From: an uncultured delta proteobacterium
GTDB taxonomy: Bacteria > Desulfobacterota > Binatia > Binatales > Binataceae
DNA length: 64,000 nucleotides
Reading direction: 5' to 3'
NCBI GenBank assembly: GCA_963711565.1
Contig: CAVQEQ010000004.1
Span: forward strand, 1,376,001-1,440,000
The translations under genes and the position numbers were made by a program. The notes beneath the pieces were generated by a model that saw nothing but the letters and a program-made list of their open reading frames with translations, ran no database searches and was not told the origin of the DNA. Of this stretch, positions 40,298 through 50,058 are shown piece after piece. The first letter of the stretch is position 1; every line of letters begins with the position of its first letter.

Positions 40298-41071
40298 TTA
40301 CCGCCAGCGTGCTGACTCGACCGAACGTTGGGTCAAGAACAGCGCCACGAAGATGAGACTCAGGAAATAGACAATGTCGCGCGTGTCGATGATGCCGGTG
40401 ACCATCTGCGCGAAATGATCCGGCAGCGAGAGATAGCGCAGCAAATCGGAGAACGACGACCCGCCCGCCTGCGCCGGCCACGATATGACGAACAGCAGCA
40501 GCAGCAGGCCGAAGCAACTGATCGCCGCGATGATTTGATTCTGCGTGAGCGAGCTGGTGAACAGTCCGATCGATACGAACGAGATCGCAAGGAACGCCAG
40601 CCCGAGATAGCCGGAGAACATCACGCCGACCTCGGGATTGCCGAAGGCTACGAGGATCAACGGAAACATCCCGGCCAGCCCGATCATGATCAGCATGAAG
40701 GCCGATGCCGCGATGAACTTGCCGGCGACGATCTCGCCGGTGCGAATCGGCGCAGTCAACAAAAGTTCGTAGGTGCCGCTCCGCTTCTCTTCGGCAAAAC
40801 TTCGCATCGTGATCGCCGGCACCAGGATAACGAGCACGATCGCGAGATTGTGCAGCATCGGCTCGATTACGCGCTCGTTGAGATTGAGTTTCTGCAGCAC
40901 CTCGGGATTCTGCATCGCAGCATAGGCGGTGAGTGTCACTTCGAAGTAACGCAGCAGCGCGAAGAAGAAGAACCCGCCCAGTAGCAGGAACACCGTCATC
41001 ACGACGTAGGCGACCGGCTGCAGAAAATAGCCAGCGAGCTCCTTGCCCGCGATTGTCAGAGAATTTTTCAT
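40298..41071 (-). CDS. ABC-2 permease (GldF-like)
   Basis: KEL..YF..P.AY, PAITMRSFAEEKRSGTYELLLTAP, SSLTQNQII. Confidence 0.9.
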   Translation of the reverse strand: MKNSLTIAGKELAGYFLQPVAYVVMTVFLLLGGFFFFALLRYFEVTLTAYAAMQNPEVLQKLNLNERVIEPMLHNLAIVLVILVPAITMRSFAEEKRSGTYELLLTAPIRTGEIVAGKFIAASAFMLIMIGLAGMFPLILVAFGNPEVGVMFSGYLGLAFLAISFVSIGLFTSSLTQNQIIAAISCFGLLLLLFVISWPAQAGGSSFSDLLRYLSLPDHFAQMVTGIIDTRDIVYFLSLIFVALFLTQRSVESARWR

Positions 41072-41089
41072 TCGAGCGATACGGGTCGT

Positions 41090-41857
41090 CTAGGTATGCC
41101 CCGCTCCAACCTCCTCCAGCTTTTCCTCGGCGGTCGCACCGTCCTCATGGTGCTCCTTGGTGATCGCAGTCAGGAAAATATCTTCGAGCGAAGTCCCGGC
41201 CGGCAGCTTCTTCAGGTATTCCTCGAGCACCACTCGGCCATCGGCAATGATCACGACCTTATCGCAGATCTGCGAAACCTCGGGCAGGATGTGCGTCGAG
41301 AGCACGACCGTCCGGTTGCCCGAGAGATTGTGAATCAGCCCGCGAATTTCGTGAATCTGGCGCGGGTCGAGGCCGATCGTCGGCTCGTCGAGCACCAGCA
41401 CCGGCGGATCGTGAATCAACGCCTGCGCCAGCCCGACGCGCTGCCGATAGCCCTTGGAGAGCTGTCCGCAAATTCGATGCGCCATATCGGTCAGGCCGCA
41501 AACATCGAGCACGTGCTCGAGCGCCGACTCGATCTTCGCGCGCGGCACGTCGCGCAATTTCGCGACGAACCGCAGATAGGCCTCGACGCGCATGTCGGGA
41601 TAGAGCGGCGGGTTTTCCGGCAGGTAGCCGATTTTGCGGCGTGCCTCGAGCGACTGCGAAAAAATATCGAGCCCGTCAATCAGCACGGTGCCCGCGCTCG
41701 CCGGCATGTACCCGGTGATGATGCGCATCGTGGTGGTCTTGCCGGCGCCGTTGGGCCCGAGAAAGCCGAGGATCGAACCGTTCTCGGCTTTGAACGATAC
41801 GTCTTTTACCGCGACAAAGTTGCCGTAGGCTTTAGTTAGGTTTTTAACCTCAATCAT
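41090..41857 (-). CDS. ABC transporter ATPase (GldA-like)
   Basis: GPNGAGKT, LSKGYRQRVGLAQAL, LDEPT, STHIL. Confidence 0.93.
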   Translation of the reverse strand: MIEVKNLTKAYGNFVAVKDVSFKAENGSILGFLGPNGAGKTTTMRIITGYMPASAGTVLIDGLDIFSQSLEARRKIGYLPENPPLYPDMRVEAYLRFVAKLRDVPRAKIESALEHVLDVCGLTDMAHRICGQLSKGYRQRVGLAQALIHDPPVLVLDEPTIGLDPRQIHEIRGLIHNLSGNRTVVLSTHILPEVSQICDKVVIIADGRVVLEEYLKKLPAGTSLEDIFLTAITKEHHEDGATAEEKLEEVGAGHT

Positions 41858-42070
41858 TCAGGTCGTCCGATCCCAGAGCCAGCGTGATGTCGCGGCTGGT
41901 CCAATCAAATTGACGAAGGAACCAGCACGGCAATTCGATCGATCACAAGGCAACCGACTAATTAAACATGCCACGCCAAACTGTCAATACGACGATCTGG
42001 TGTCGGACAAAAGCTTCGGTTTGCTTTTCGATGCTTTTGCTTTGCGAACTGTATCGGATAGTTTCGAGCT

Positions 42071-44665
42071 ATGGCCGCTGAACGCAAGCAACTGATTCTG
42101 GTCGATGGCTCCGGGTACGTCTTCCGCGCGTTTCATGCGCTGCCGCCGATGAACACCTCGCGCGGGCTGCCGACACAGGCGGTGTACGGCTTCATCCGGA
42201 TGCTGCTCAAGCTGCTAAAGGGCGTGCGCCCGTCGCATATTGCGATCGTCTTCGACTCGCCGAAAAGAACTTTTCGCGACGACCTGTTCGCCGATTACAA
42301 GGCCAACCGCAGTGAGGCGCCGAACGATCTGATCGTGCAGATTCCGTATATCCATCGCGCGGTCGATGCGTTTCGGATCAAGTCGCTGATGGTCGAGGGC
42401 TTCGAGGCCGACGACGTTATCGGTACGCTCGCCAAGCGCGCGGCGAAAGAGGACTTCGTCGTCACCCTCATCACGGCCGACAAGGACTTCATGCAATTGG
42501 TCGGCCCGCACGTGACGCTGTGGGATACGATGCGCGATCGGCGAATCGGCGCGCGCGAGGTGCGCGAGCGCTTCGGCGTCGAGCCGTCGGCGCTGGTCGA
42601 TATCCAGGCGCTGACGGGCGATACGATCGACAACATCAAGGGCGTGCCGGGCGTCGGCGAGAAGACAGCGGCGGCATTGGTGCAGAAGTTCGGCAGCGTG
42701 AAAGGCATCTATGAAAACCTTGACCGTATCGAGGAGACCGGGATTCGCGGAGCGAAGAAAGTCGCGGGACTCCTCGCGGAGCATCGCGCGGCGGTGGACC
42801 TCGCGCGGAAGTTGGTGCGGATCGAGACGGATATGCCGCTAAAAGTCGAGCCGGACGAGTTCGCGTGGCACGGCGTGAACGAGCAGGTCGCCGCCGACCT
42901 GCTGCGCGAGTTGGAGTTCGATTCGATACTGCGCGAGATATCGCCTTCGCAGGTCGAGCTTCCCGGCCTGGAATCGAACGCGAAGCCGGTGGCGGCTGTC
43001 ACCGGAACCGATCTCGCGGACGCGCTCAATGCCCTGGCCGGCGCGCAGCGAATCGCAGTCGATCTCTCCGCGCCGGAGGGTGGCCAGGAAACTTTGCAAC
43101 TCGCGAGCGCCGGCACGACGATCGTCGTCGAGCATGACGGTATTGTAAGCGCCTCGCCCTTGCTCACCTCCGACCGTCCGCCCAAATCGTGTCACGATCT
43201 CAAGAATCAAATCGAAGCGTTCGCAAGGCATGGAATCGCGCTGGGCGGCGTAGATTTCGACACGATGCTGGCAGGCTTTCTGATCAACTCGGGAAAGGGA
43301 GAGCCGTCACTCACTGATCTCTATCACGAGTATCTCGCGCCGCTTGGCGCGAGCAGTCCACCGGGCACGAATGCCGCGATTGTGAGAAATCTCCGTGACG
43401 CGCTGGCGACGCGAATGGAAGCCGACGGCCTCACCTCGATGTACAACGAGATCGAGATGCCGATCGCGCCGATACTGGCCGAGATGGAAACCGCCGGCAT
43501 CGGAATCGACGGCGACGCGCTCAAAGTCATATCGAAGGAATTCGCCGAGCAGATGAACCGGCTGGAACGTGAGTGCTACGAGCTGGCCGGACGTGAGTTC
43601 AATCTCAATTCGCCCATCCAGCTTCGCGAGGTGCTGTTTACTGATTTGAAGCTGTCGGCCAAGGGCCTGAAAAAAACCAAAAGCGGCTTCTCGACCGACG
43701 CCGATACACTCGAGAAGCTCGCGGCGGTGCATCCCCTGCCGCGCAAGCTGATTGAGTACCGCACGATCTCTAAATTGAAATCCACTTACGCCGACGCGCT
43801 GTCCGAGGTGATTCGCTCGGGCACCGGGCGAATCCATACGACGTGGCATCAGGCGCTGGTTCCGACAGGACGCATCAGCTCGAGCGACCCGAATCTGCAG
43901 AACATCCCGACTCGCAGCGTCGAAGGGCGCCGGATTCGCCGCGCGTTCGTGCCCAAGCCCGGATGCGTCTTCGTGTCCGCCGACTATTCGCAGATCGATC
44001 TGCGCGTGATGGCTCATCTCTCGGGCGACAAGACGCTCGTCGAGGCATTCAACACCGGCGAGGACATCCACATCCGCACCGCGACCGAGGTGCTGGGAAT
44101 CACCCCCGACAAGGTCAACACCGAGGCGCGGCGGCTGGCCAAGGTGATAAACTTCGGGATCATTTACGGGATGGGTCCGCAGCGGCTGGCGGGCGAGCTC
44201 GGGATTGCGCTGTCGGAGGCCTCCGACTACATCAAGCGCTACTTCGAGCGGCTGCCGGGCGTGCGCGCATGGCTCGACGAGACTGTCCGCATCGCCCGCA
44301 CGACTGGATACGTAACCACGATGTACGGGCGGCGCCGCTATCTGCCCGAGCTGAATGCGCAGCCGGGCGGCGCGCGGGCGCAGGCCGAGCGAATCGCCAT
44401 CAATACCCCCATCCAGGGCACGGCGGCGGACCTGATAAAACTCGCTATGATACGGTTGGATAGAGCGCTGCGAGAGCGAGGACTGGGCGCGCGGATGATT
44501 CTCCAAGTGCATGACGAACTACTACTGGAAGCGCCTAAGGAGGAATGGGTAGAGGCGGCGGCGCTGGCAAAACGCGAAATGGAGGGGGTGGCCGAACTCA
44601 AAATTCCGCTCAAGGTGGACCTGAAATCCGGGCCCAACTGGGCCGAGATGAGCGGTGCGGCATGA
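42071..44665 (+). CDS. polA: DNA polymerase I
   Basis: 5'-3' exonuclease (LVDG, YKANR, EADD, DKD, GVGEKTA) and polymerase motifs (TGRISS.DPNLQNIP, ADYSQI, K..NFG..YG, QVHDE). Confidence 0.97.
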   Translation: MAAERKQLILVDGSGYVFRAFHALPPMNTSRGLPTQAVYGFIRMLLKLLKGVRPSHIAIVFDSPKRTFRDDLFADYKANRSEAPNDLIVQIPYIHRAVDAFRIKSLMVEGFEADDVIGTLAKRAAKEDFVVTLITADKDFMQLVGPHVTLWDTMRDRRIGAREVRERFGVEPSALVDIQALTGDTIDNIKGVPGVGEKTAAALVQKFGSVKGIYENLDRIEETGIRGAKKVAGLLAEHRAAVDLARKLVRIETDMPLKVEPDEFAWHGVNEQVAADLLRELEFDSILREISPSQVELPGLESNAKPVAAVTGTDLADALNALAGAQRIAVDLSAPEGGQETLQLASAGTTIVVEHDGIVSASPLLTSDRPPKSCHDLKNQIEAFARHGIALGGVDFDTMLAGFLINSGKGEPSLTDLYHEYLAPLGASSPPGTNAAIVRNLRDALATRMEADGLTSMYNEIEMPIAPILAEMETAGIGIDGDALKVISKEFAEQMNRLERECYELAGREFNLNSPIQLREVLFTDLKLSAKGLKKTKSGFSTDADTLEKLAAVHPLPRKLIEYRTISKLKSTYADALSEVIRSGTGRIHTTWHQALVPTGRISSSDPNLQNIPTRSVEGRRIRRAFVPKPGCVFVSADYSQIDLRVMAHLSGDKTLVEAFNTGEDIHIRTATEVLGITPDKVNTEARRLAKVINFGIIYGMGPQRLAGELGIALSEASDYIKRYFERLPGVRAWLDETVRIARTTGYVTTMYGRRRYLPELNAQPGGARAQAERIAINTPIQGTAADLIKLAMIRLDRALRERGLGARMILQVHDELLLEAPKEEWVEAAALAKREMEGVAELKIPLKVDLKSGPNWAEMSGAA

Positions 44666-44675
44666 ATACTTTGCT

Positions 44676-44702
44676 GAATTTAGTCGTCCGCACCAGCGTC
44701 TA
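44676..44702 (+). promoter_or_regulatory. Candidate autoregulatory ECF (RpoE-type) promoter GAATTT-N16-GTCTA
   Basis: Matches the GAACTT-N16-GTCTnA pattern immediately upstream of the ECF sigma gene. Confidence 0.55.
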
Positions 44703-44708
44703 CTCAAG

Positions 44709-45287
44709 TTGAGAACACCAGGCCGCCACGACGGTGATGAAGCCGAGCTAATCGAACGCTCCCGCAAGGGCGATTCGGCGGCATTCGGCGTTTTGGTTGA
44801 GCGATACCAGCGCCGAGTGGTCGGCGTCGCGCTGGCGGTGGTGCACAATCAGGATGATGCGATTGAACTGGCGCAAGAAACTTTTGTCCGCGCCTACGAG
44901 AACCTGTCGAAGTTCGAATCCCGTTCGAGCTTTTCAACCTGGCTCTACCGAATCGCGGCCAACCTCGCGATCGATTTCTGGCGCCGCGAGGGACGCCACG
45001 TGGTCCTTCATGGAGAAGATGCCGAAACCGAAATCAACAAGCTGCCAACCGCCTCGGGAGACTCGTTCAAGGAAGTCAGCCGCAGTGAACTCTCGGCGCG
45101 CCTAAAGCAAGCGCTGGAGGAGTTGACGCCAGAACATCGTGCAGTGATACTTCTACGCGAAGTCGAAGGGATGTCGTACGACGAAATTAGCGACGTTTTG
45201 CAGTGCCCAAGAGGGACGGTCATGAGCAGGCTGCACTATGCGCGAACGCACCTGCGGAGCATCCTGAAGGACGTGGCCGGGAGCTGA
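44709..45287 (+). CDS. rpoE: ECF sigma factor (RpoE-like)
   Basis: GD.AAF..LV.RY, QETFVRAY..L..F...SSFSTWLYRIA.N, SY.EI...L..P.GTVMSRLHYAR; start uncertain (TTG 44709 or GTG 44655). Confidence 0.88.
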   Translation: MRTPGRHDGDEAELIERSRKGDSAAFGVLVERYQRRVVGVALAVVHNQDDAIELAQETFVRAYENLSKFESRSSFSTWLYRIAANLAIDFWRREGRHVVLHGEDAETEINKLPTASGDSFKEVSRSELSARLKQALEELTPEHRAVILLREVEGMSYDEISDVLQCPRGTVMSRLHYARTHLRSILKDVAGS

Positions 45288-45293
45288 TCGAAA

Positions 45294-45872
45294 ATGGCTG
45301 AATGCGGTGAAATAAGCGTGATGCTCGGCGCGTTCGAGGACTCGGAGCTCGAACCGAACGAGATGCAGGAAGTCGCGTTCCATCTGGCGCGATGCGAATC
45401 GTGCACGGGTCTTCTCGCCGACTACTCGACGCTCGGACGGAACCTCAGATCGTTCGCGTCAGAGCCGTCGCTCGCCGGTTTCTCCAGCTCCGTAATCGCT
45501 CGCGTCGATCGTCTGCCGCAGCCGGTGCTGACGAGAATCGAGCGCTTCCTCCGGCGCCAGTTGGACTCCGTCGGCTCCGGCATCGCATGGGGCGGCGCCT
45601 TCGCAGCGGCCGCAATCATGACGATAATCCTGATGACGCCGTACGCTCGGCAATTCGCCAATCGTGGGACGCAGCCGACGGTAGTAGCCAGCTCGAACAG
45701 CAATGCGCCGGCAGCCAATCAAGCGGCGAACGCGGCTTCCAACGAGCCTACGATGGCAGACAACGACTCTCACGCCGACATCTCCCGGCTCGAGTCGGAA
45801 AACCATTCGGTCGCAGTCTGGAGCGAGCCGCGCCGGGATACTACGGTCATCTGGTTACCGGATCAGCCTTAG
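45294..45872 (+). CDS. Zinc-binding (ZAS) transmembrane anti-sigma factor
   Basis: HLARCESC, one TM helix, C-terminal TTVIW. Confidence 0.85.
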   Translation: MAECGEISVMLGAFEDSELEPNEMQEVAFHLARCESCTGLLADYSTLGRNLRSFASEPSLAGFSSSVIARVDRLPQPVLTRIERFLRRQLDSVGSGIAWGGAFAAAAIMTIILMTPYARQFANRGTQPTVVASSNSNAPAANQAANAASNEPTMADNDSHADISRLESENHSVAVWSEPRRDTTVIWLPDQP

Positions 45873-45878
45873 GCCGCC

Positions 45879-46403
45879 ATGACGCTGCGCCCCGGTAGCC
45901 TCACTTTTCTAATTATCGCGATCACGGCCTTCGGACAGGTGGGCGTCACCTACGCCCAGCCCGCGCCGAAGCAGGTGAACGTCTATGTCGATTCTGTGAT
46001 GGCCGCGGATACCAACGAGGGAACCGACCCACGGCTCGGCGGAATGGACAAGCGGCTGCGCGGCCTCTTCGGCTTTTCGACCTACAGCCTGATCGGTCAC
46101 AACGAAGGGCAGACCGACTGCGGCAAGATGATCGCGTTCACGCTGCCCGGCGGCAAGATTCTCCACGTGCAGCCGCGCGCCATCGACGACGACATGATCG
46201 CGATGGAGATCGTCCTGTTCGACGGAACCCGCCCGATGATGACCACCGACCTCAAGCTCAAGAATAACGGGACGCTGATCGTCGGCGGTCCGCGCTACGA
46301 GCAGGGGATGATGATCATCTCAATTGGCGCGAGCACCGGCACCACATCGCAGCCAATGCAAGCCCAGGCACTGGGCACCCCCGCCGAAGCCAACACTCAC
46401 TAG
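45879..46403 (+). CDS. Exported hypothetical protein in ECF operon
   Basis: Signal peptide; host codon usage; 6 nt after the anti-sigma. Confidence 0.7.
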   Translation: MTLRPGSLTFLIIAITAFGQVGVTYAQPAPKQVNVYVDSVMAADTNEGTDPRLGGMDKRLRGLFGFSTYSLIGHNEGQTDCGKMIAFTLPGGKILHVQPRAIDDDMIAMEIVLFDGTRPMMTTDLKLKNNGTLIVGGPRYEQGMMIISIGASTGTTSQPMQAQALGTPAEANTH

Positions 46404-46415
46404 CACTTCAGCACC

Positions 46416-47072
46416 TCACAGCGGATCGAAGTACGGCAGGACGCGGCCGTCAAAATGGAATTCGCGGGCCAGGGTAATCCACTTGCGATCGATTCCATGC
46501 ATCGGCTCCGGGATACCGTCGAGCGGGAAAAAACCAGCGGCAAGCGCCTCGAGCGGATTCGGCTTGAGTTCGCCGCCGACAATTCGGCAATAGAAAAGCA
46601 TCGAGTAGATATGGCGCGCCGGTGAGCCGTACTTCTTGTTGTCGATAACGGCGAGCAAGCGCTCGGGCTCTACGATGAGGCCGGTTTCCTCGCGCGCTTC
46701 CTTCGCCGCATTCTCGGCCGGCGATATGCCTACGTCACAGAATCCGGTCGGGTACCACCACTTGCCGGTCGGCCGCTGAATCATCAGGATTTCGTCGCGC
46801 TCGTTGAACGCGATCACACCGCACCCTACCGCTGCCGTTACGTAACCTTCGTAGCCGGCAACCACCTGCTCGCGCCATTTCCGGCGCAATGCCTCCGCCT
46901 CGTCGTCGCTCGCACCGGCGACCGCCGAATGCATTCTGGCCGCCTCCTTGAGTAATTCCTCGTAGCGTTCGGAGTCGAAGCCGTCGGGCTTGAAGGCGAG
47001 TCCAGTCCGCGCGATCGCAGCGATACGCTCGATAAAGCGCGCCAGTTCGGCCAACAGATCAGAATCGGGCAT
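46416..47072 (-). CDS. Nudix hydrolase with Nudix_N domain
   Basis: IARTGL.F...FDSERY; Nudix box G.....SPAENAAKEAREETG. Confidence 0.9.
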   Translation of the reverse strand: MPDSDLLAELARFIERIAAIARTGLAFKPDGFDSERYEELLKEAARMHSAVAGASDDEAEALRRKWREQVVAGYEGYVTAAVGCGVIAFNERDEILMIQRPTGKWWYPTGFCDVGISPAENAAKEAREETGLIVEPERLLAVIDNKKYGSPARHIYSMLFYCRIVGGELKPNPLEALAAGFFPLDGIPEPMHGIDRKWITLAREFHFDGRVLPYFDPL

Positions 47073-47132
47073 CGGAATTTCCTTGTCGCGAGTTCGCCGA
47101 CAAATATAGCACGGCGGCGCGATGCGACTCCG

Positions 47133-47987
47133 ATGAAACTCATCCTCAGCCGCAAGGGATTCGACTCGGTGAACGGCGGATGCCCCAGCCCAATTCTGGA
47201 TGACCGGCTGTACTCGCTTCCAATTCCGGATTCGGGATCACCGACGACCTACGCGGAAATCTCTCCGTTTAATGGTTCGCCAATCGCGCAGATTGTCGAA
47301 GACCTGACCCACGGTCTGGTCAAGCGAAGCGACGGCGCTCATCTCGATCCGGACTTGCGACGCGGCTCGATCGCACGCGCCGCAGGATGGCGTCCGATCT
47401 TCGGGCAGGCAGGAGCCGCGCAGAGTCATCTCGCGAACGAGGGGATCAGCCCAGGCGATCTGTTCCTTTTCTTTGGATATTTTCGTCGCGCCGAGAAAGT
47501 CGGAGACGCGTTCCGCTTCGTCCGCAGCGCGCCGAGACTTCACGTTATCTTCGGATGGCTCCAGGTCGCGAGATTGGCCCGAGCCACAGGCGGTCTCGCC
47601 AATGAGATCCCCTGGGCTAACGGACATCCGCATCTCGCGATGCCCAATCGATACAAGAACAACACCCTCTATTTCGCGCGCCACCGTCTCTCGTCTATCG
47701 GCATCAACACGAGCGGCGCCGGGACCTTCGACCGGATCAGACCTGAGCTGGTGCTCACACAGACCGACCCCTATACCAATTGTTCGACGTGGCGGCTGCC
47801 GCGATGGTTCGCTCCGGGTGGACGACCCGCCCTTTCCTATCACTCAAAGGCGGCGCGTTGGACGGACCGCGCCAAGTCGGTGCGCGTGCAGTCGGCTTAT
47901 CCGGGCCAGGAATTCGTGCTCGACGTTCAGCAGTATCCGGAAGCGCGCGGCTGGTTGCGATCGATCTTCAGCGCCGGCAACAGCTAG
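47133..47987 (+). CDS. Nmad3 (nucleotide modification-associated domain 3) protein
   Basis: MKLILSRKGFDS..GG.PSP, SLPIP, HLDPDL, FGQ.GAAQSHL, GDLFLFFG, HVIFGWLQV, HPH, PGQEFV. Confidence 0.78.
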   Translation: MKLILSRKGFDSVNGGCPSPILDDRLYSLPIPDSGSPTTYAEISPFNGSPIAQIVEDLTHGLVKRSDGAHLDPDLRRGSIARAAGWRPIFGQAGAAQSHLANEGISPGDLFLFFGYFRRAEKVGDAFRFVRSAPRLHVIFGWLQVARLARATGGLANEIPWANGHPHLAMPNRYKNNTLYFARHRLSSIGINTSGAGTFDRIRPELVLTQTDPYTNCSTWRLPRWFAPGGRPALSYHSKAARWTDRAKSVRVQSAYPGQEFVLDVQQYPEARGWLRSIFSAGNS

Positions 47988-49036
47988 CGACGCGCCGCCG
48001 CGTTGCACACCGACCAGGCTGCGTCGGCCAGCGCAGGCACTCGCTCCTTGGCGCCGGCGAACAGTGGATCGTCGGTCTGGCCGCGCACAAATCGGGCGTA
48101 GCTGCCTTCCGAGATGATCGCGAGCTTGTACAACGCGAACGCCTGGTAGAACGGGAAATCGCGCATCGCGCGGCCGGTGAGTCGCTCGTATCGATCGATC
48201 ATTTCGCGCCGCGTCAGCCACCCTTCGGCGAGCTCCATGCTGGAGATCGACGCGCGGTCCGCGGGGTCGGGCCAATAGGTCAGCATCCAGCCGAAGTCAG
48301 CGAGCGGATCGCCGATCGTGGACATCTCCCAATCGAGCACGGCGATCGCGAGGGCGCTCTTCGGATAGAACATCACGTTGTCGAGCTTGTAGTCGCCGTG
48401 GACGATCGTCGGCGCCGGCGACGCTGGGATTCGCGCGCGCAGCCATTCCTTGACGTTTTCCATCACGGGCAGCGGGCGCGTGTGCGGTATCGTGCGCTCG
48501 AGCTGGTCAGTCCATCGCTTGAGCTGGCGTTCCAGGTAGCCGTCGGGCCGCCCGAAACCCTCAAGGCCGGCCGCGCGCCAATCGACCTCCTGCAGCGCGA
48601 CGAGCACATCCACCATCTGCTCGCTGACGTGCCGGCGCAGCTCGGGCGTTTGCGCAAAATGCTTGTTGTCCGCGCGCACCACGTCGCCGCGCATGTACTC
48701 CATCAGGTAAAACGGCGCGCCGATGTACGACGGATCGTCGCACACGGCGTACACGCGCGGCACCGGCACTGGGGTGTCCTGCAGGGCTTTGATCACGCGA
48801 TATTCGCGCATCATGTCGTGCGCGGTCGGCAGCAACGGTCCACGCGGCGGACGGCGCAGCGCCCATGAATGGCCGTCGAAATGAATCAGATGAACCTCGT
48901 TGGAATGGCCAAACGAGATATTTTCCGACCTGAGCGTGCTGGTGTCACCCAGCTTGCGCTCTTCGAGGAACCGCTTCAGGCCGTTGAGATCCACTGTGGC
49001 CGACGGTCCGGTTTTTTCCTGCGTCGAAGTACTCAT
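47984..49036 (-). CDS. APH-family phosphotransferase (ACAD10/11-like)
   Basis: GHSN, LRRPP.GPLLPTAHDM.REY, HGDYKLDN, LDWEMSTIGDP; start ATG 49036. Confidence 0.9.
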   Translation of the reverse strand: MSTSTQEKTGPSATVDLNGLKRFLEERKLGDTSTLRSENISFGHSNEVHLIHFDGHSWALRRPPRGPLLPTAHDMMREYRVIKALQDTPVPVPRVYAVCDDPSYIGAPFYLMEYMRGDVVRADNKHFAQTPELRRHVSEQMVDVLVALQEVDWRAAGLEGFGRPDGYLERQLKRWTDQLERTIPHTRPLPVMENVKEWLRARIPASPAPTIVHGDYKLDNVMFYPKSALAIAVLDWEMSTIGDPLADFGWMLTYWPDPADRASISSMELAEGWLTRREMIDRYERLTGRAMRDFPFYQAFALYKLAIISEGSYARFVRGQTDDPLFAGAKERVPALADAAWSVCNAAARR

Positions 49037-49171
49037 CGAGCGGTACTGTTTTCGCAAACGCGGCTCGCGGTCAAGTGTCTGCCCCATCTTGCGACGGCAA
49101 AGCGCCGACCTATACAACGAATTGCAGTGAACGCGGCGCCAAAGTTGAACGATGGTCCGAGCGCCGGCCGG

Positions 49172-50038
49172 ATGGCCGCGATATTTCGCCTCGCGCGGCC
49201 CCATCAATGGATCAAGAACGCGTTGGTGCTGGCGGCCCTGGTATTCGGCCAGCGGCTGTTCGTATTGCACGACGTCGTGCTCGCACTCGTCGGCTTCGTC
49301 GCGTTCTGCGCACTTTCGAGCGCAGGCTACATTCTTAATGACATCGCCGACCGTGAGGCCGATCGCCTGAATCCCGAAAAATGCGACCGCCCGCTAGCGC
49401 GCGGCGATCTCACCGTAGCGGCGGCCAGCCGCGCCGCATTCGCGTTCGCCGCAATCGCAGCCGTCTTGAGTATCGTGTTGGGCCGCGAGTTCGTGGGAAT
49501 CGCGCTGCTGTACGCGGCGCTTCAGCTGGTCTATTCGCTGTGGGCCAAGCACCAGGTAATCATCGACGTGATCGCTGTTGCGATAGGATTCGTGCTGCGC
49601 GCATTCGCCGGCGGCGTCGCGATTGACGTCGAAGTATCGCCCTGGCTGGTCTTCATCACGTTCGTGCTGGCGCTGTTCCTGGTGCTCGCGCGACGGCGCC
49701 ACGAACTGATCGCGCTAGGCGACGACGCTATCGCGCATCGCAGCGCGCTCTCGGATTACAGCGTCCGGCTGGTCGATCAGATGATCTCAATCGTCGCCGG
49801 CGCGACGCTCGTCGGCTACATGATCTACACCGCCTCGGCCGAGGTCGAAGCGAAGCTCGGAACCCGCCATCTCTACCTGACGGTGCCGTTCGTCGCCTTC
49901 GGAATCCTGCGCTACCTCTACCTGATCGACGAGCGCAACGAAGGCGGCGATCCCGCGCGCGCGTTGCTCCACGATCGGCCGCTGATACTCGCGGTCGCAT
50001 TGTGGGTACTTACCGATATCGTCTTATTGTACTTCTAA
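49172..50038 (+). CDS. UbiA family polyprenyl-phosphate phosphoribosyltransferase (Rv3806c-like)
   Basis: RPHQWIKN, YILNDIAD.EADR.NP.K..RPLA.G, GFVLRA, RRRHE, GILRY. Confidence 0.87.
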   Translation: MAAIFRLARPHQWIKNALVLAALVFGQRLFVLHDVVLALVGFVAFCALSSAGYILNDIADREADRLNPEKCDRPLARGDLTVAAASRAAFAFAAIAAVLSIVLGREFVGIALLYAALQLVYSLWAKHQVIIDVIAVAIGFVLRAFAGGVAIDVEVSPWLVFITFVLALFLVLARRRHELIALGDDAIAHRSALSDYSVRLVDQMISIVAGATLVGYMIYTASAEVEAKLGTRHLYLTVPFVAFGILRYLYLIDERNEGGDPARALLHDRPLILAVALWVLTDIVLLYF

Positions 50039-50058
50039 TACTGCCGGTCGCGCGGCTC

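Noticed and set aside
37268-41857. Gliding motility machinery
   Set aside because: GldAFG-DUF4340 ABC modules are widespread in non-gliding bacteria
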